Source: an uncultured delta proteobacterium | GTDB lineage: Bacteria > Myxococcota_A > Polyangia > Polyangiales > Polyangiaceae | NCBI GenBank assembly: GCA_963841435.1 | Contig: CAWJCS010000005.1 | Location: forward strand, 1,696,001-1,760,000 | Length of the DNA stretch: 64,000 nucleotides | Direction: 5' to 3' | Shown: piece after piece, positions 20,162 through 30,301 of the stretch | How positions within the stretch are numbered: position 1 is the stretch's first letter | Layout: each line of letters begins with the position of its first letter | Made by a program: the position numbers and the translations under genes | Notes under the pieces: generated by a model | What the model saw: only the letters and a program-made list of their open reading frames with translations | The model's database searches: none | What the model was told of the DNA's origin: nothing

Positions 20162-20691
20162 TCGGCGGGCTTGATGAGCACGCTGTCGGCGTTGGCGGGC
20201 GTCACGCCCCCGGCGGGCAAGGCGCTGCCGTGGCCCGCGAGGATGAAGTTGACGACCGCCCAGTAGTCCTCGGGCGAAAGCGAGCCGCGCTTGCTGAGCG
20301 GCCGCGGCATTTCGCGGCTCACGTACTTGAAGAGGTCGCTGGCGGTCCGGAATGCTCCTCGGGCGTCCGCGCCGGGGGGCAGCGATTGCTTGCGCTGCTG
20401 CTCCGCAATGTCCTGAAAGGCGGGGTTGCTGGTGGTCGAAGGGTCACGCACGTAGAGTGGCAAAGCGCCTGCGCCCATCACCGCGGGCGCCTGAGCGAGC
20501 CCTTCGCCGCGCTGGCCGTGGCAGCTCGCGCAGTTCTGTTCGAAAACCGCTGCCCCGGGCAGACTGGAGGCCTTCGCGTAGTTCGCCTCCGTTGCGCCGA
20601 GCGGCGTCGCACCACAGCCAAGGCTCGCGAGGGCGCCGAGCGCGGCGAGGACGGTGGCCCGAGTGGGGAGCGAAAGCGGGACGAGCTTCAT
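20158..20691 (-). CDS. Monoheme c-type cytochrome lipoprotein
   Basis: Lipobox LGC; NCASCHGQRGEG; YVSREMP axial Met; LSPEDYWAVVNFIL. Confidence 0.88.
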   Translation of the reverse strand: MKLVPLSLPTRATVLAALGALASLGCGATPLGATEANYAKASSLPGAAVFEQNCASCHGQRGEGLAQAPAVMGAGALPLYVRDPSTTSNPAFQDIAEQQRKQSLPPGADARGAFRTASDLFKYVSREMPRPLSKRGSLSPEDYWAVVNFILAGHGSALPAGGVTPANADSVLIKPAE

Positions 20692-20809
20692 GGCGCGAAG
20701 CTTCACGGATCTGCCCTGCGCGCGCCAGTCGAATGGCGGGACCGGCCGACGGGCCGCCCGCGGCGGCGTCCGGGCACCCACGCCCCGCGTGCCGCGCTAT
20801 CTTCCATCC

Positions 20810-21343
20810 GTGCGGTTCGCACCGTTCATCGTCACGGCGTTCGCGCTCTTGGGTTGCACGCCCGCCGAGCCTCCCCGCTGGGCGACGGGGGGCGCGGTGC
20901 TCGTGGTGCCGAACGCGCGCTGGGATCGCCCCGGGGACGAGCCCGTTTCGATCGAGCCCGATGGGCGCGTCCTCGAAGGGGGCACTCTCGTCTTCGTCGT
21001 CGACCGAGTGGGCCGCGTCGCCGACGCCGACTACGAGCCCTTGGCGGTCCTCTTTCCAGAGGGGCGCCTCGCGGGCACGGACCAGCGGGAGCTCGGTCAC
21101 GTCGGCGTTTCGAACGCCGCCCCTCCGGGGCGGGTCGAGGCATGGCTCTCGGTGTCGCCCGACGGCAACGTGATCGCCTTCGCCGACGACGGCGCGCGCG
21201 AGCCCGCCGGTCAGTGGACGGGCTGCGGTGGACCGGCGCTCAGGACTTGCACGCTCGTCACGCACCTTCTGGCGGTGCGAAGCTACGCGCGGCGGGCCGA
21301 CCCTGCGGTTTCCGTCGGTGTCGGGGTGGGCGTCGGTTTCTGA
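20810..21343 (+). CDS. Hypothetical lipoprotein
   Basis: VRFAPFIVTAFALLGC lipobox; ends VSVGVGVGVGF. Confidence 0.65.
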   Translation: MRFAPFIVTAFALLGCTPAEPPRWATGGAVLVVPNARWDRPGDEPVSIEPDGRVLEGGTLVFVVDRVGRVADADYEPLAVLFPEGRLAGTDQRELGHVGVSNAAPPGRVEAWLSVSPDGNVIAFADDGAREPAGQWTGCGGPALRTCTLVTHLLAVRSYARRADPAVSVGVGVGVGF

Positions 21344-21391
21344 GCCTGCCGGCGTTTTGCTTCCCGAACGGAGTCGTCGCAAGGTCCCGCC

Positions 21392-22720
21392 ATGCTCGAT
21401 GCCCGCCACGTTTCCGAACACCTCGACGACGTGCGTGCCGAGCTCTCGCGCCGCTCGGCCGCCGACGCCGCGCTGCTCGACGGCGTCGCGGAGCTCGCGA
21501 AACGACGCCGCGAGCTCGTCGGCAGCACGGAGGCCCTGCAAGCGCAGCGCAACGCGGCGAACGAGTCGATGGCCGCCCTCGCCAAGGCCGGCGACAAGCC
21601 GGCACTCGCGGCTCGTCGCGACGAGCTTCGCAAGCTGAGCGAGGCCATCAAGCAGGCCGAAGGCGAGGTGGCCGAGGTCGAGCGCGCCGTCGAGGAGCGC
21701 TTGCTCGTGATCCCGAACGTGCCGCACGCGAGTGTCCCCGACGGCAGAACCGACGCCGACAATCCCGTGCTCCGAACCTGGGGTGACAAGCCGCGCTTCG
21801 ACTTCACGCCCAAGGCGCACTGGGAGCTCGGCGAGAAGCTCGGGATCCTCGACTTCGAGCGCGCGGCGAAGATCTCGGGCGCGCGTTTCTCCGTGCTCTG
21901 GGGGCTCGGCGCGCGCCTGGAGCGCGCCCTCGCGGCGTTCATGCTCGATCTTCACACGCTCGAGCACGGCTACACCGAGGTTTACCCGCCATTTTTGGTG
22001 AAGGCCGACGCGCTGCGCGGCACGGGCAACCTGCCGAAGTTCGAGGGTGACCTGTTCAAGACCTATCGCGGCGACCCCGCCGACGGCGACGCGCTCTATC
22101 TCGTGCCCACGGCCGAGGTGCCCGTCACCAACCTCCACGCCGACGAGATCCTCGACGGCGAGCGGCTGCCCTTCGGCTACGCCGCGTACTCGCCGTGCTT
22201 CCGCAGCGAGGCCGGGTCCTACGGTAAGGACGTGCGGGGTCTCGTCCGCCAGCACCAGTTCGACAAGGTCGAAATCGTGCGTTTCTGCACGCCCGAGCAA
22301 GGTCCGGCGGAGCTCGAGCGCCTCACGGGTCACGCCGAGGAAGTGCTCAAGCGCCTGGGCCTGCACTACCGCGTCGTCGAGCACGTGACCGGAGACCTCA
22401 CGTTCTCGTCCACTAAGTCGTACGACATCGAGGTCTGGCTGCCCGCGCAGGATGCCTATCGCGAGATCTCGAGCTGCTCCTGGTTCGGTGACTTTCAGGC
22501 TCGCCGCGCCAAGATCCGCTATCGCCCGGCACCTAAGGAAAAGCCGCGCCTCGCGCACACGCTGAACGGGTCGGGCCTCGCGATTGGCCGCACCTGGCTC
22601 GCGATTCTGGAGCAGTTCCAGGAAGCGGACGGCAGCGTGGTCGTGCCGGAGGTGCTGAGGGCGTTCGTGGGGACGGACAGAATCACCGCACCCGGTCGAG
22701 TCGGGAATCTCTCGTTGTGA
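21392..22720 (+). CDS. serS: Serine--tRNA ligase
   Basis: N-terminal coiled coil; [41 protein letters not shown] and HTLNGSGLA motifs. Confidence 0.98.
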   Translation: MLDARHVSEHLDDVRAELSRRSAADAALLDGVAELAKRRRELVGSTEALQAQRNAANESMAALAKAGDKPALAARRDELRKLSEAIKQAEGEVAEVERAVEERLLVIPNVPHASVPDGRTDADNPVLRTWGDKPRFDFTPKAHWELGEKLGILDFERAAKISGARFSVLWGLGARLERALAAFMLDLHTLEHGYTEVYPPFLVKADALRGTGNLPKFEGDLFKTYRGDPADGDALYLVPTAEVPVTNLHADEILDGERLPFGYAAYSPCFRSEAGSYGKDVRGLVRQHQFDKVEIVRFCTPEQGPAELERLTGHAEEVLKRLGLHYRVVEHVTGDLTFSSTKSYDIEVWLPAQDAYREISSCSWFGDFQARRAKIRYRPAPKEKPRLAHTLNGSGLAIGRTWLAILEQFQEADGSVVVPEVLRAFVGTDRITAPGRVGNLSL

Positions 22721-22727
22721 TAACGTC

Positions 22728-23465
22728 GTGAAGATGAGGGCGCCGCTCTGCCTCCTCGCGCTGTCGCTCGTTTCGATCGGGTGCAGCGAGGAGAGTCGGC
22801 GCTGCCGCGCTGAGCGCGATCGGGCCCAGGAGATCGTCAAGGCGATCGATTCGAAATCGCAGGATAGCCTCACGGCCGCCGTCGGCGCGCTTTCCACGGC
22901 GATCGACGCCTGCGACAAGGCCGCCATGGGAGCGGACAAGAGCCAGCTCCTCGAAGCCAGAAACCAGATCGGCGCGCACCTTGCGCTCCTGAAGAGGCGC
23001 GCCGAGCGTAAGAAGGCCAAGCTGACCCCGGCCGATCTCGAGCGCCTCGCGCGCGAGGGCGACCCGACGTGCCCCAAAGGGCAGGGCTACAAGCAGGGCA
23101 AGCACGAGATCCGTTGCACGGGCCCCGAGCTCATCGACATGAGCCTGGACCAGGCGAACGAGTACTTTTCGTCGCGCAAATACCGCATCACGATCAGCAA
23201 AGACCCGCCGACGTTGCGCGCGGAAAAGGGCGCCGAGGTCTACGTCTTCAAGTACGAAAAGCCGGACGACACCGCGGGCCCGAAGTGTCTCGAGCTCTTT
23301 CCGATTCCGGGGATCACGCTGCCGGAGGCCGTGGGGCGCGCGACGGGTGCGCGGCTCGAGAAGCTGAAGAATGGCGGCACCGTGACGGCGGCGCGCGGCG
23401 AGCTCGCGCTCACCCTCGAAGACGGCGCGCAGAAGTTCGTCGCCAAGATCGGCGACTGCGGCTAG
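22728..23465 (+). CDS. Hypothetical lipoprotein
   Basis: Lipobox SIGC; begins just after serS; several Cys. Confidence 0.7.
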   Translation: MKMRAPLCLLALSLVSIGCSEESRRCRAERDRAQEIVKAIDSKSQDSLTAAVGALSTAIDACDKAAMGADKSQLLEARNQIGAHLALLKRRAERKKAKLTPADLERLAREGDPTCPKGQGYKQGKHEIRCTGPELIDMSLDQANEYFSSRKYRITISKDPPTLRAEKGAEVYVFKYEKPDDTAGPKCLELFPIPGITLPEAVGRATGARLEKLKNGGTVTAARGELALTLEDGAQKFVAKIGDCG

Positions 23466-23471
23466 CGCTCC

Positions 23472-24794
23472 TCACGGCAGCGCGTCGAACACCTCGCCGA
23501 GCGCGCCGTAGGCGGGGCGCGTCGCGCGGTCGATGTCAACGATGCCCCACCATTCCTCGTTGAACGTGGAGTCGGGGTAGGGTCCGCCGCCCGGCGCCGT
23601 GCCGCCTGTGTCGTGCGTCGACGGGCTGCCGCCCGCGTCCTTCCACCACTCGTCGGACCACTCGAAAAGGGTGCCGCCGACGCTCACGCCGTCCGCGTGG
23701 AAGGCGACGCCGTGATCGGCGATCTCCTGCGTGAGCGCGGAGACCGCCAGCGCCTGGCTGTCGGGGTCGTAGGCGTCGATGGTGTCGTTGTAGGCGTCGG
23801 CACCGTACTCGGCGAGGAACATGGGCTTCTGACTGCGCGAGGCCCACACCGTGAAGAGGTCGCCGAACGAGATGCCGCGGTAGGCGTTGATGCCCCAGAG
23901 GTCGATGTCCGGCATGGCGTCGATCACGCTCGCGGCGGGCACCTCGCCGTACACGCTCACGATGGGGTGGCGCGTGTCGGCGGCGCGGATCAGCGTGGCG
24001 GCTTCGTTGAGGCGCGCCATGGACTCGCTCGCCGAGAGGCCCACGTACAGGCCGTTGTAGTTCCACTCGTTGCCGAGCACCCAGCCGAGGATCGCGGGAT
24101 GATCGGCGACGGCCTCGACCCGCGCCGTGACGACACTCGCCGCGTCGCCGCCGTACACGTAGGTGCCCATGAGCACGTAGATGCCGTGATCGTGGAGCAC
24201 GTCGAGGACGCTCGTGCTCGTGACGGGCTCGTACGTGCGCACGACGTTGATCCCGATGGCCTCCATCAGCGCGGCGTCGCCGGGCGCGGCGCCGGCAAAG
24301 TCCAGGTCGGCCGGGTGCGTGCCGCCCTTCTTCACCGGGTTCCAGCACACGCCGCGCAGGTGCAGCGGCACGCCGTCAACGAGCAGGCGGCGCCCATCGA
24401 GGCGGATGCCCGTTTCGCCAGCGCCCGCCGAGCCTGCCGTACCCGCGGCGCCCCCTCTGCCGGCCGCTGCGCTCGAGCCTGCCGCACCGCTCTCTCCCGC
24501 CGGGGCGACGCCGGCTGCTCCTGCGATGCCCCCCGCGCCGCCCTGGCCGGCTCCTGACGCGCCCGCGGCCCCCGCGGCGCCCGACCCACCCGACCCACCG
24601 TCGAGGCCACCCGTGGCGCCTCCGCCGCCCGAGGACCCACTCGCGCCGCCCGCGCCGCCGCTCGGTCCGAGGCTACCCGCGACACCCGCGGCCGCTCCGC
24701 CGGCTCCACTCGCCGCGCCGCCGTTGCTCGCCGCATCGCCGCCGCACGCGCCGAGCAACGACGCCGAAAAGACGATGAGAGCAAGCGCGCGCAC
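23472..24794 (-). CDS. Lipoprotein glycoside hydrolase (clan GH-A TIM barrel, GH2-like) on a Gly-rich linker
   Basis: Lipobox LGAC; GINVVRTY, WVLGNEWN (acid/base), FLAEYG (nucleophile), FEWSDEWWK and NEEWWG motifs. Confidence 0.82.
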   Translation of the reverse strand: MRALALIVFSASLLGACGGDAASNGGAASGAGGAAAGVAGSLGPSGGAGGASGSSGGGGATGGLDGGSGGSGAAGAAGASGAGQGGAGGIAGAAGVAPAGESGAAGSSAAAGRGGAAGTAGSAGAGETGIRLDGRRLLVDGVPLHLRGVCWNPVKKGGTHPADLDFAGAAPGDAALMEAIGINVVRTYEPVTSTSVLDVLHDHGIYVLMGTYVYGGDAASVVTARVEAVADHPAILGWVLGNEWNYNGLYVGLSASESMARLNEAATLIRAADTRHPIVSVYGEVPAASVIDAMPDIDLWGINAYRGISFGDLFTVWASRSQKPMFLAEYGADAYNDTIDAYDPDSQALAVSALTQEIADHGVAFHADGVSVGGTLFEWSDEWWKDAGGSPSTHDTGGTAPGGGPYPDSTFNEEWWGIVDIDRATRPAYGALGEVFDALP

Positions 24795-24838
24795 GCTGAG
24801 CGTGAAAGCCTAGCCCAACGCGAGAGTAGCGAGCGGCG

Positions 24839-27010
24839 CTAGCGCCCGCCCTTCTTTCGGCCGCCGCGGTCGCCGCGCCGCCCGCCGGCGGCCCCCCGGT
24901 TCGACCCGCCGCGACCCCCCTTGGCAGGGCCGCGCTGCGCCTGCTCTCCCGCGCGGCCCCAGGGTGCCGGGGGCCGTCCGGGCGCGTTGGCGGTGCGCGC
25001 GGCGCCTCGGCCCCGCGGCCGGCTCTCTTCCGCCTTGGCGAGCACCGCCTCGGGCACGACGCGCCGCGCGTAGACGGTGCGCCTGAGCACGGCAACGTCC
25101 TCGATCGTCACGAGCATGCGGTCGCCGAGCGTGACGGCGTCACCCGAGCGCGCGCCGACGACGCTGATCTCGTCCTCGCCCGGCTCGTAGCGGTCGGGGC
25201 CGAGCCCTTCGAAGCGCACGAGCACGTCAACGTACGGCTGATCGAGCGCGACGTACACGCCGCTGCCGACGAGCGCGGACACCGTGCCCTCGAGCGTTTC
25301 ACCCACGCGATCGCGCATGAAGAGCGCGCGGTAGAGATCGACCACCTCGCGCTCGATCTCCATGGCGGCGCGCTCGCGCGTGCTCGCGCGTGTCGCGCTC
25401 GCCGACAGGGACTCGAGCGCCGCGGCGCTCGTGTCGGGCTTGCCGCCGCGCAGAAGGTGCTTCACCTGGCGGTGGATCTCGACGTCGGGATAGCGCCGGA
25501 TCGGCGACGTGAAATGCACGTACGCCTCGGAAGCCAGGCCGAAGTGGCCGATGTTGTTCACGTCGTAAACGGCCTGCTTGAGCGAGCGCAAAAGCAACGA
25601 TTCGAGCACCCAGCGCCGCGGATGCTTCTGGATCTTGGCGAGCCAGCGCGACACACCCCGCGGCTCGTTCAGGGCGTCGAGGTCGATCTCGACGCCGAGC
25701 TTGCGAGCCACGAGCCCGAGGCGCTCGAGCTTCTCGGCGTCGGGCTTGGCGTGCACGCGATACACCGCCGGGCAGCGCCGCTGCCCCAAAAAGCGCGCCA
25801 CGAGCTCGTTGGCGAGCAGCATGAGCTCTTCGATCATGCCGTAGGCGCGCTTGACGCCCGGATCTTGCGCGCGCCGCACGATGTCGACGGGAGCGCCCGT
25901 TTCGGCGTCGAGAACGACCTTGGCCTCGGGCAGGTCGAGGTCGAGCGCGCCGCGCGCCATGCGGCGCTTGCGGAGCTTGCGCGAGAGATCGTCGAGCACG
26001 CGCAGGCCCTTTTTGAGGGCCTCGGCCTGCGTGCTCTGCGGACCTTGCTCCGTGAAGCCGAGCGTGCGCGCGACGCCGCCGTAGGTGAGCATCGCCTGGG
26101 AGCGCATGACGCCCTCCACGATCTCGAAGCTTTCGACGTTGCCGTCGGTGTCGAGGTCGGCGATGACGCACAGCGTGAGGCGCTCCTGCTCGGGAAGGAG
26201 CGAGCAGAGGTCCGCGGCGAGCGCGGCGGGCAGCATGGGGATGGCGCGATCGGGCAGGTAGACGGTGCACCCGCGCGACAGCGCCTCGGCGTCGAGGGCG
26301 CTGCCCGGCTGCACGTACTCGCTCACGTCGGCGATCGCGACCCAGGCGCGGTAGCCGTCGCCCAGCTTTTCGACCCAGACCGCGTCGTCGTGGTCGCGCG
26401 CGTCCTCGGGATCGATGGTCGGCAGGGGCACGTCGCGCAGATCGCGGCGGCCGGTCGCGGCGGCACGCTGCAGCTTCGCGGCCATGGCCTCGGCCTCCCG
26501 CACGGCGGCGTCGGGGTGCTGCTCCTCGACCTCCTCGCGCACGAGGATCTTCTGCACCTCGACGTTGGGGTCGCCCGGCACGCCGAGCACCTCGAGCAGC
26601 TCTCCCTCGGGGTTCTCGTCGGCGAACTCGGGAAAGCGCGTGATGGTGACGACCGCGGCCGCGCCGTCCTCGGCGGTCTTCGGTACGCCCGCGAGCACGA
26701 TGGGGCCGCGCAGGCGCGAGTCGTCGGGCTCGAGCCAGGTGCTCTTGCCCCGACGGCGCAGGACCCCAGCCACGCGCGGGCTGCGGCGCTGCACCACACG
26801 ATCGACGGCGCCTTCGACCCCGCGCGGCGAGCGCCCCGCGATGCGGACGGTGACACGGTCGCCGTGCATCCCGGGGCCGATCCCCTCGGGAGGCACGTAA
26901 ACGTCGTCCCGCCCGGCCGCGGCCACGAAGCCGAAGCCCCGCGGGTTCATCGTAAGGACGCCGTCCCACGCCTCGGTGGAATCGTCCTGCTTCTTTCGGG
27001 CGCGCGCCAT
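24839..27010 (-). CDS. rnr: Ribonuclease R (RNB family)
   Basis: RGFGFV cold-shock domain; TIDPEDARDHDDA; IEELMLLAN; HFTSPIRRYPD; S1 domain; basic tail. Confidence 0.93.
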   Translation of the reverse strand: MARARKKQDDSTEAWDGVLTMNPRGFGFVAAAGRDDVYVPPEGIGPGMHGDRVTVRIAGRSPRGVEGAVDRVVQRRSPRVAGVLRRRGKSTWLEPDDSRLRGPIVLAGVPKTAEDGAAAVVTITRFPEFADENPEGELLEVLGVPGDPNVEVQKILVREEVEEQHPDAAVREAEAMAAKLQRAAATGRRDLRDVPLPTIDPEDARDHDDAVWVEKLGDGYRAWVAIADVSEYVQPGSALDAEALSRGCTVYLPDRAIPMLPAALAADLCSLLPEQERLTLCVIADLDTDGNVESFEIVEGVMRSQAMLTYGGVARTLGFTEQGPQSTQAEALKKGLRVLDDLSRKLRKRRMARGALDLDLPEAKVVLDAETGAPVDIVRRAQDPGVKRAYGMIEELMLLANELVARFLGQRRCPAVYRVHAKPDAEKLERLGLVARKLGVEIDLDALNEPRGVSRWLAKIQKHPRRWVLESLLLRSLKQAVYDVNNIGHFGLASEAYVHFTSPIRRYPDVEIHRQVKHLLRGGKPDTSAAALESLSASATRASTRERAAMEIEREVVDLYRALFMRDRVGETLEGTVSALVGSGVYVALDQPYVDVLVRFEGLGPDRYEPGEDEISVVGARSGDAVTLGDRMLVTIEDVAVLRRTVYARRVVPEAVLAKAEESRPRGRGAARTANAPGRPPAPWGRAGEQAQRGPAKGGRGGSNRGAAGGRRGDRGGRKKGGR

Positions 27011-27117
27011 GCGGCCCCGCTCTACCGACGGGCCAGGCGGGGCACAAGGTCAAAGGCCGCGCCCCAGGCCTGGATCTCGCCGAAAGCGCGCGGCGGTAGT
27101 AGTAGTCTCTGCGCTCC

Positions 27118-28248
27118 GTGGCCCGCTTCCCTTGGCTCGCGACGCTCCGCCTGGCCGTGCTCGCCTCGCTTGCGGGCAGCTCGGCACTGGTCGTGGACTA
27201 CCTGAGCCCCGTGGCGAGCTATTGCGGCGCCAACTCGGGCTGCGGCCAGGTCCGGCAGCACGCGCTGTCGCATCTCGGGAGCCTTTTCGTGCCGCTGCCC
27301 GCCGTCGGTCTCATGGCCTTCACGGCCGTCTACACGCTGTCGCTGTTGCCCGGCGAGCGGCGCCGGCTCGCGGCCATCGCGGCCATCGTGGGCGGTGTGG
27401 GCGGCGCGGCGCTGCTCCTGGTTCAAAAGCTGGCGATCGGCGTGTTCTGCAGTCTGTGCACGGTCGTCAACGTCGGGGCCGTCATCGCCGGGATCGCCGG
27501 CGCCCTGTACCTCGCGAGCCTCGACGAGGGCCCCGCGCCCGAGCCGCTGCGCGACTGGGCGTTCATGGCGTTGGGCGCGCTCGCCGTGTCCGCGCCGCTC
27601 GCCTGGCCACAGCTGCGACCGGCGCCCGATCTGCCACCCGGTGTCGCCGCGTACTACGAGCCCGGCAAGATCAACGTCGTCGAGTTCGTCGATTTCGAAT
27701 GTCCGTTCTGCCGTCTCCTCCATCCGAAGCTCAAGGCCGTCGTTCGCGAATATGGCGATCGCGTCAACTTCGTGCGCCTTGACCTGCCGCTCGCCATGCA
27801 CCCGCGCGCGCGCGCGGCGGCGCACGCCCACGCTTGTGCGACAGAACGAGGCAAGGGCGACGCGATGGCGGACGCGCTGTTCACGACGGAAGACCTGAGC
27901 ACGGCGGGGCTGCTCCGCGCCGGCGAGTCGGTGGGGCTCGACCGCAGCTACGTGCAACGTTGTCTGGGCGCCAAAAGGACCGAAGAAGCCGTCGTCGGCA
28001 CGGAGCGCATCCTGCGCGACTCCGGTCGCCTCGAGGGCTTGCCGACGACGTTCGTAGGAACGGCCATGCTCGTCGGGACGCAGGAGGAGGCGACGCTGCG
28101 TGATGCGTTCGACCGCGCCGAGCAGGGGACGCAGGGCGGCGTGCCCGGTCCGGTCTTCGTCGCGGCGGTCGTCATCGCGGCGCTGCTCGTCATGTGGTTC
28201 GGTCGCGCGCGCGGCGCCATGGAGCCTCCACGTGTCACCGCGCCCTGA
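27118..28248 (+). CDS. VKOR-DsbA/thioredoxin fusion membrane protein
   Basis: VKOR loop cysteines YCGANSGC and active-site FCSLC; DsbA-like EFVDFECPFC; cis-Pro GLPT; C-terminal TM. Confidence 0.85.
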   Translation: MARFPWLATLRLAVLASLAGSSALVVDYLSPVASYCGANSGCGQVRQHALSHLGSLFVPLPAVGLMAFTAVYTLSLLPGERRRLAAIAAIVGGVGGAALLLVQKLAIGVFCSLCTVVNVGAVIAGIAGALYLASLDEGPAPEPLRDWAFMALGALAVSAPLAWPQLRPAPDLPPGVAAYYEPGKINVVEFVDFECPFCRLLHPKLKAVVREYGDRVNFVRLDLPLAMHPRARAAAHAHACATERGKGDAMADALFTTEDLSTAGLLRAGESVGLDRSYVQRCLGAKRTEEAVVGTERILRDSGRLEGLPTTFVGTAMLVGTQEEATLRDAFDRAEQGTQGGVPGPVFVAAVVIAALLVMWFGRARGAMEPPRVTAP

Positions 28249-28312
28249 GCGCGCCCCCCGGATCTGCTTCGGCCAAAGCCTGGCGACGTAGCGCCATTGG
28301 CACTGCGGCGCC

Positions 28313-28921
28313 CTAGTGGCACTGCGGGAGGAAGCTCGGCGGGCAGCAGTAGCGCGGCACCTGAGTGCCGAGGTCGGTGCAGCCCGCCGTTTGGAACATC
28401 CCGAGATTGGCGCCGGCACCGAAGCAAACCCAGGTGACCTCGTCGGTGGTGCACAAGCCGCCCGTCGACGCTTCGCAGCCCTCGGGGCAAGCCGCCGCCG
28501 CACCACCCTCGCCCCCTTCACCCGCTTGTCCCGCGCCGGGGAGCCCACCAAAGCCAGCGGAGGCGCCGCCCGTCGCGCCCCCGTTGCCCGCGCCGCTGAG
28601 GCCTCCCGCGCCGCTCGAGCTCGCGTTGCCGGCGCCTGCGGTGGCGGAGCCCGCCGTGCCGCCGGAAAACGCGCCACCCGGCGACGCGCCGCCCGTCGCG
28701 CCGGCACCCGTGGAGCCTCCGGTCGTTGCGCCGGAGCCGCCGCCGCTTCCGCCCGTGCTGCTCACCGTGCCGCCCGTGCCCGTGGCGTTGCCCGTGCTGC
28801 CGCCGCTCCCGCCGCTGCCGCCGCTGCCACTCGGATGACTTTGCTGATCGACCGAGCGCCCGCTGCACGCGATGGCGCACACGAGGGCCACGGGCCACGC
28901 GAACCGATGACTTTGCACCAT
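28313..28921 (-). CDS. Gly-rich lipoprotein with a small Cys-rich C-terminal domain
   Basis: Lipobox AIAC; Gly/Ser linker; C-terminal CPEGC...RYCCP. Confidence 0.7.
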   Translation of the reverse strand: MVQSHRFAWPVALVCAIACSGRSVDQQSHPSGSGGSGGSGGSTGNATGTGGTVSSTGGSGGGSGATTGGSTGAGATGGASPGGAFSGGTAGSATAGAGNASSSGAGGLSGAGNGGATGGASAGFGGLPGAGQAGEGGEGGAAAACPEGCEASTGGLCTTDEVTWVCFGAGANLGMFQTAGCTDLGTQVPRYCCPPSFLPQCH

Positions 28922-29110
28922 CCCGACCACCGGCACGGAGACTATCACACTCCGCCCGCGTCGCCCTGCTCCCGTGACGATGCGGCGAGACGGCTGGCGC
29001 TCGGGCGCACCCTGGGGAGAGGGCGAGCCCGCCGTCGAGACGGAGCCCAAGGTGAAGACCGGGGCGTTCGCCGAGCCGGCGTCGCTCCGAGAAAAGTGGT
29101 AAACTCTTTC

Positions 29111-30256
29111 ATGAGTTCCCCCGAAAGAGCGCCGTCCGTGGTGCCGTTCGAGGTGTTCCAGGCCCTGCCGAAGACGGACCTGCACGTTCACCTCGACGGG
29201 TCGCTCCGGCTCGAGACGATTCTCGACATCGCGCAGAAGGACGGCGTCGAGCTGCCCGCGCGGGACGCCCATGGCCTGCGTGATGCCATCGGTTGCGGCA
29301 AGCACTTCGGCTCGCTCGTCGAATACCTGCGTGGTTTCGACATCACGCTGCGCGTCATGCAAACCGAGGAGGCGCTCGAGCGTATCGCCTTCGAGCTCGC
29401 CGAGGACGCCCATCGCGAGAACGTTCGCTACATGGAGGTGCGCTACGCACCGATGCTGCACACGCGCCACGGGCTCAAGCTCACGCGCGTCGTGGAGGCG
29501 GTGCTCGCGGGGCTCCGGCGCGCGCGAGAGACGTACGGCGTGAAGGCCAACGTCATCATCTGCGGCATCCGCAACATCTCGGCGGAGTCGTCGTATCAGA
29601 TGGCGGAGCTTGCCGTCGCGTACAAGGGGCGCGGCGTCGTCGGCTTCGATCTCGCGGGCGCCGAAGCCGACTTCCCCGCGAAGCACCACCGCCGCGCGTT
29701 CCAGCTCGTGCGCGACAACAACATCAACTGCACGATTCACGCGGGCGAAGCCTACGGCCCCGAGTCGATCGCGCAGGCGATCCACGTCTGCGGCGCGCAC
29801 CGTATCGGCCACGGCTGCCGGCTACGCGAAAACGGCGATCTCTTGCACTACCTGAACGATCACCGGATCCCGCTCGAATGCTGCCCTTCGAGCAACGTGC
29901 AGACGGGCGCCGTCAAGGACCTCGCGACACACCCGCTCAAGCTCTACTTCGATCTCGGGCTTCGCGTGACGATCAACACCGACAATCGTTTGATCACGGA
30001 CACCAGCGTTTCACGGGAGCTTTACCTCGTTCACCGCGAGATGAGCGTGCCGTTCGTCGATATCAAAGCGATGATTCTCGCGGGCTTCAAGTCGAGCTTT
30101 CAGCCGTTTCACGAGAAGCAGGCGATGCTGCGCCGCGTGGCGAGCGAGCTCGAGCGCTACGACGAAACGGGCGGCGCGAGGCCGACCCTCGGTCCCCCGC
30201 CGGCAGCCCCAGCTCGCGCGCGCGCGAGCGCTGAAGTTCGGTCCGAAGCGGAGTAG
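29111..30256 (+). CDS. add: Adenosine deaminase
   Basis: LPKTDLHVHLDGS; GFDLAGAE; TIHAGE; RIGHG; CPSSN; INTDN. Confidence 0.95.
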   Translation: MSSPERAPSVVPFEVFQALPKTDLHVHLDGSLRLETILDIAQKDGVELPARDAHGLRDAIGCGKHFGSLVEYLRGFDITLRVMQTEEALERIAFELAEDAHRENVRYMEVRYAPMLHTRHGLKLTRVVEAVLAGLRRARETYGVKANVIICGIRNISAESSYQMAELAVAYKGRGVVGFDLAGAEADFPAKHHRRAFQLVRDNNINCTIHAGEAYGPESIAQAIHVCGAHRIGHGCRLRENGDLLHYLNDHRIPLECCPSSNVQTGAVKDLATHPLKLYFDLGLRVTINTDNRLITDTSVSRELYLVHREMSVPFVDIKAMILAGFKSSFQPFHEKQAMLRRVASELERYDETGGARPTLGPPPAAPARARASAEVRSEAE

Positions 30257-30301
30257 TGCGCGGTCACCAAGGAGTCGGCCGCCGGAGCCGGGCCGCGTGC
30301 G

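Noticed and set aside
28316..29110. Long N-terminal extension on adenosine deaminase
   Set aside because: It is the antisense shadow of the Gly-rich lipoprotein gene; similarity begins after ATG 29111
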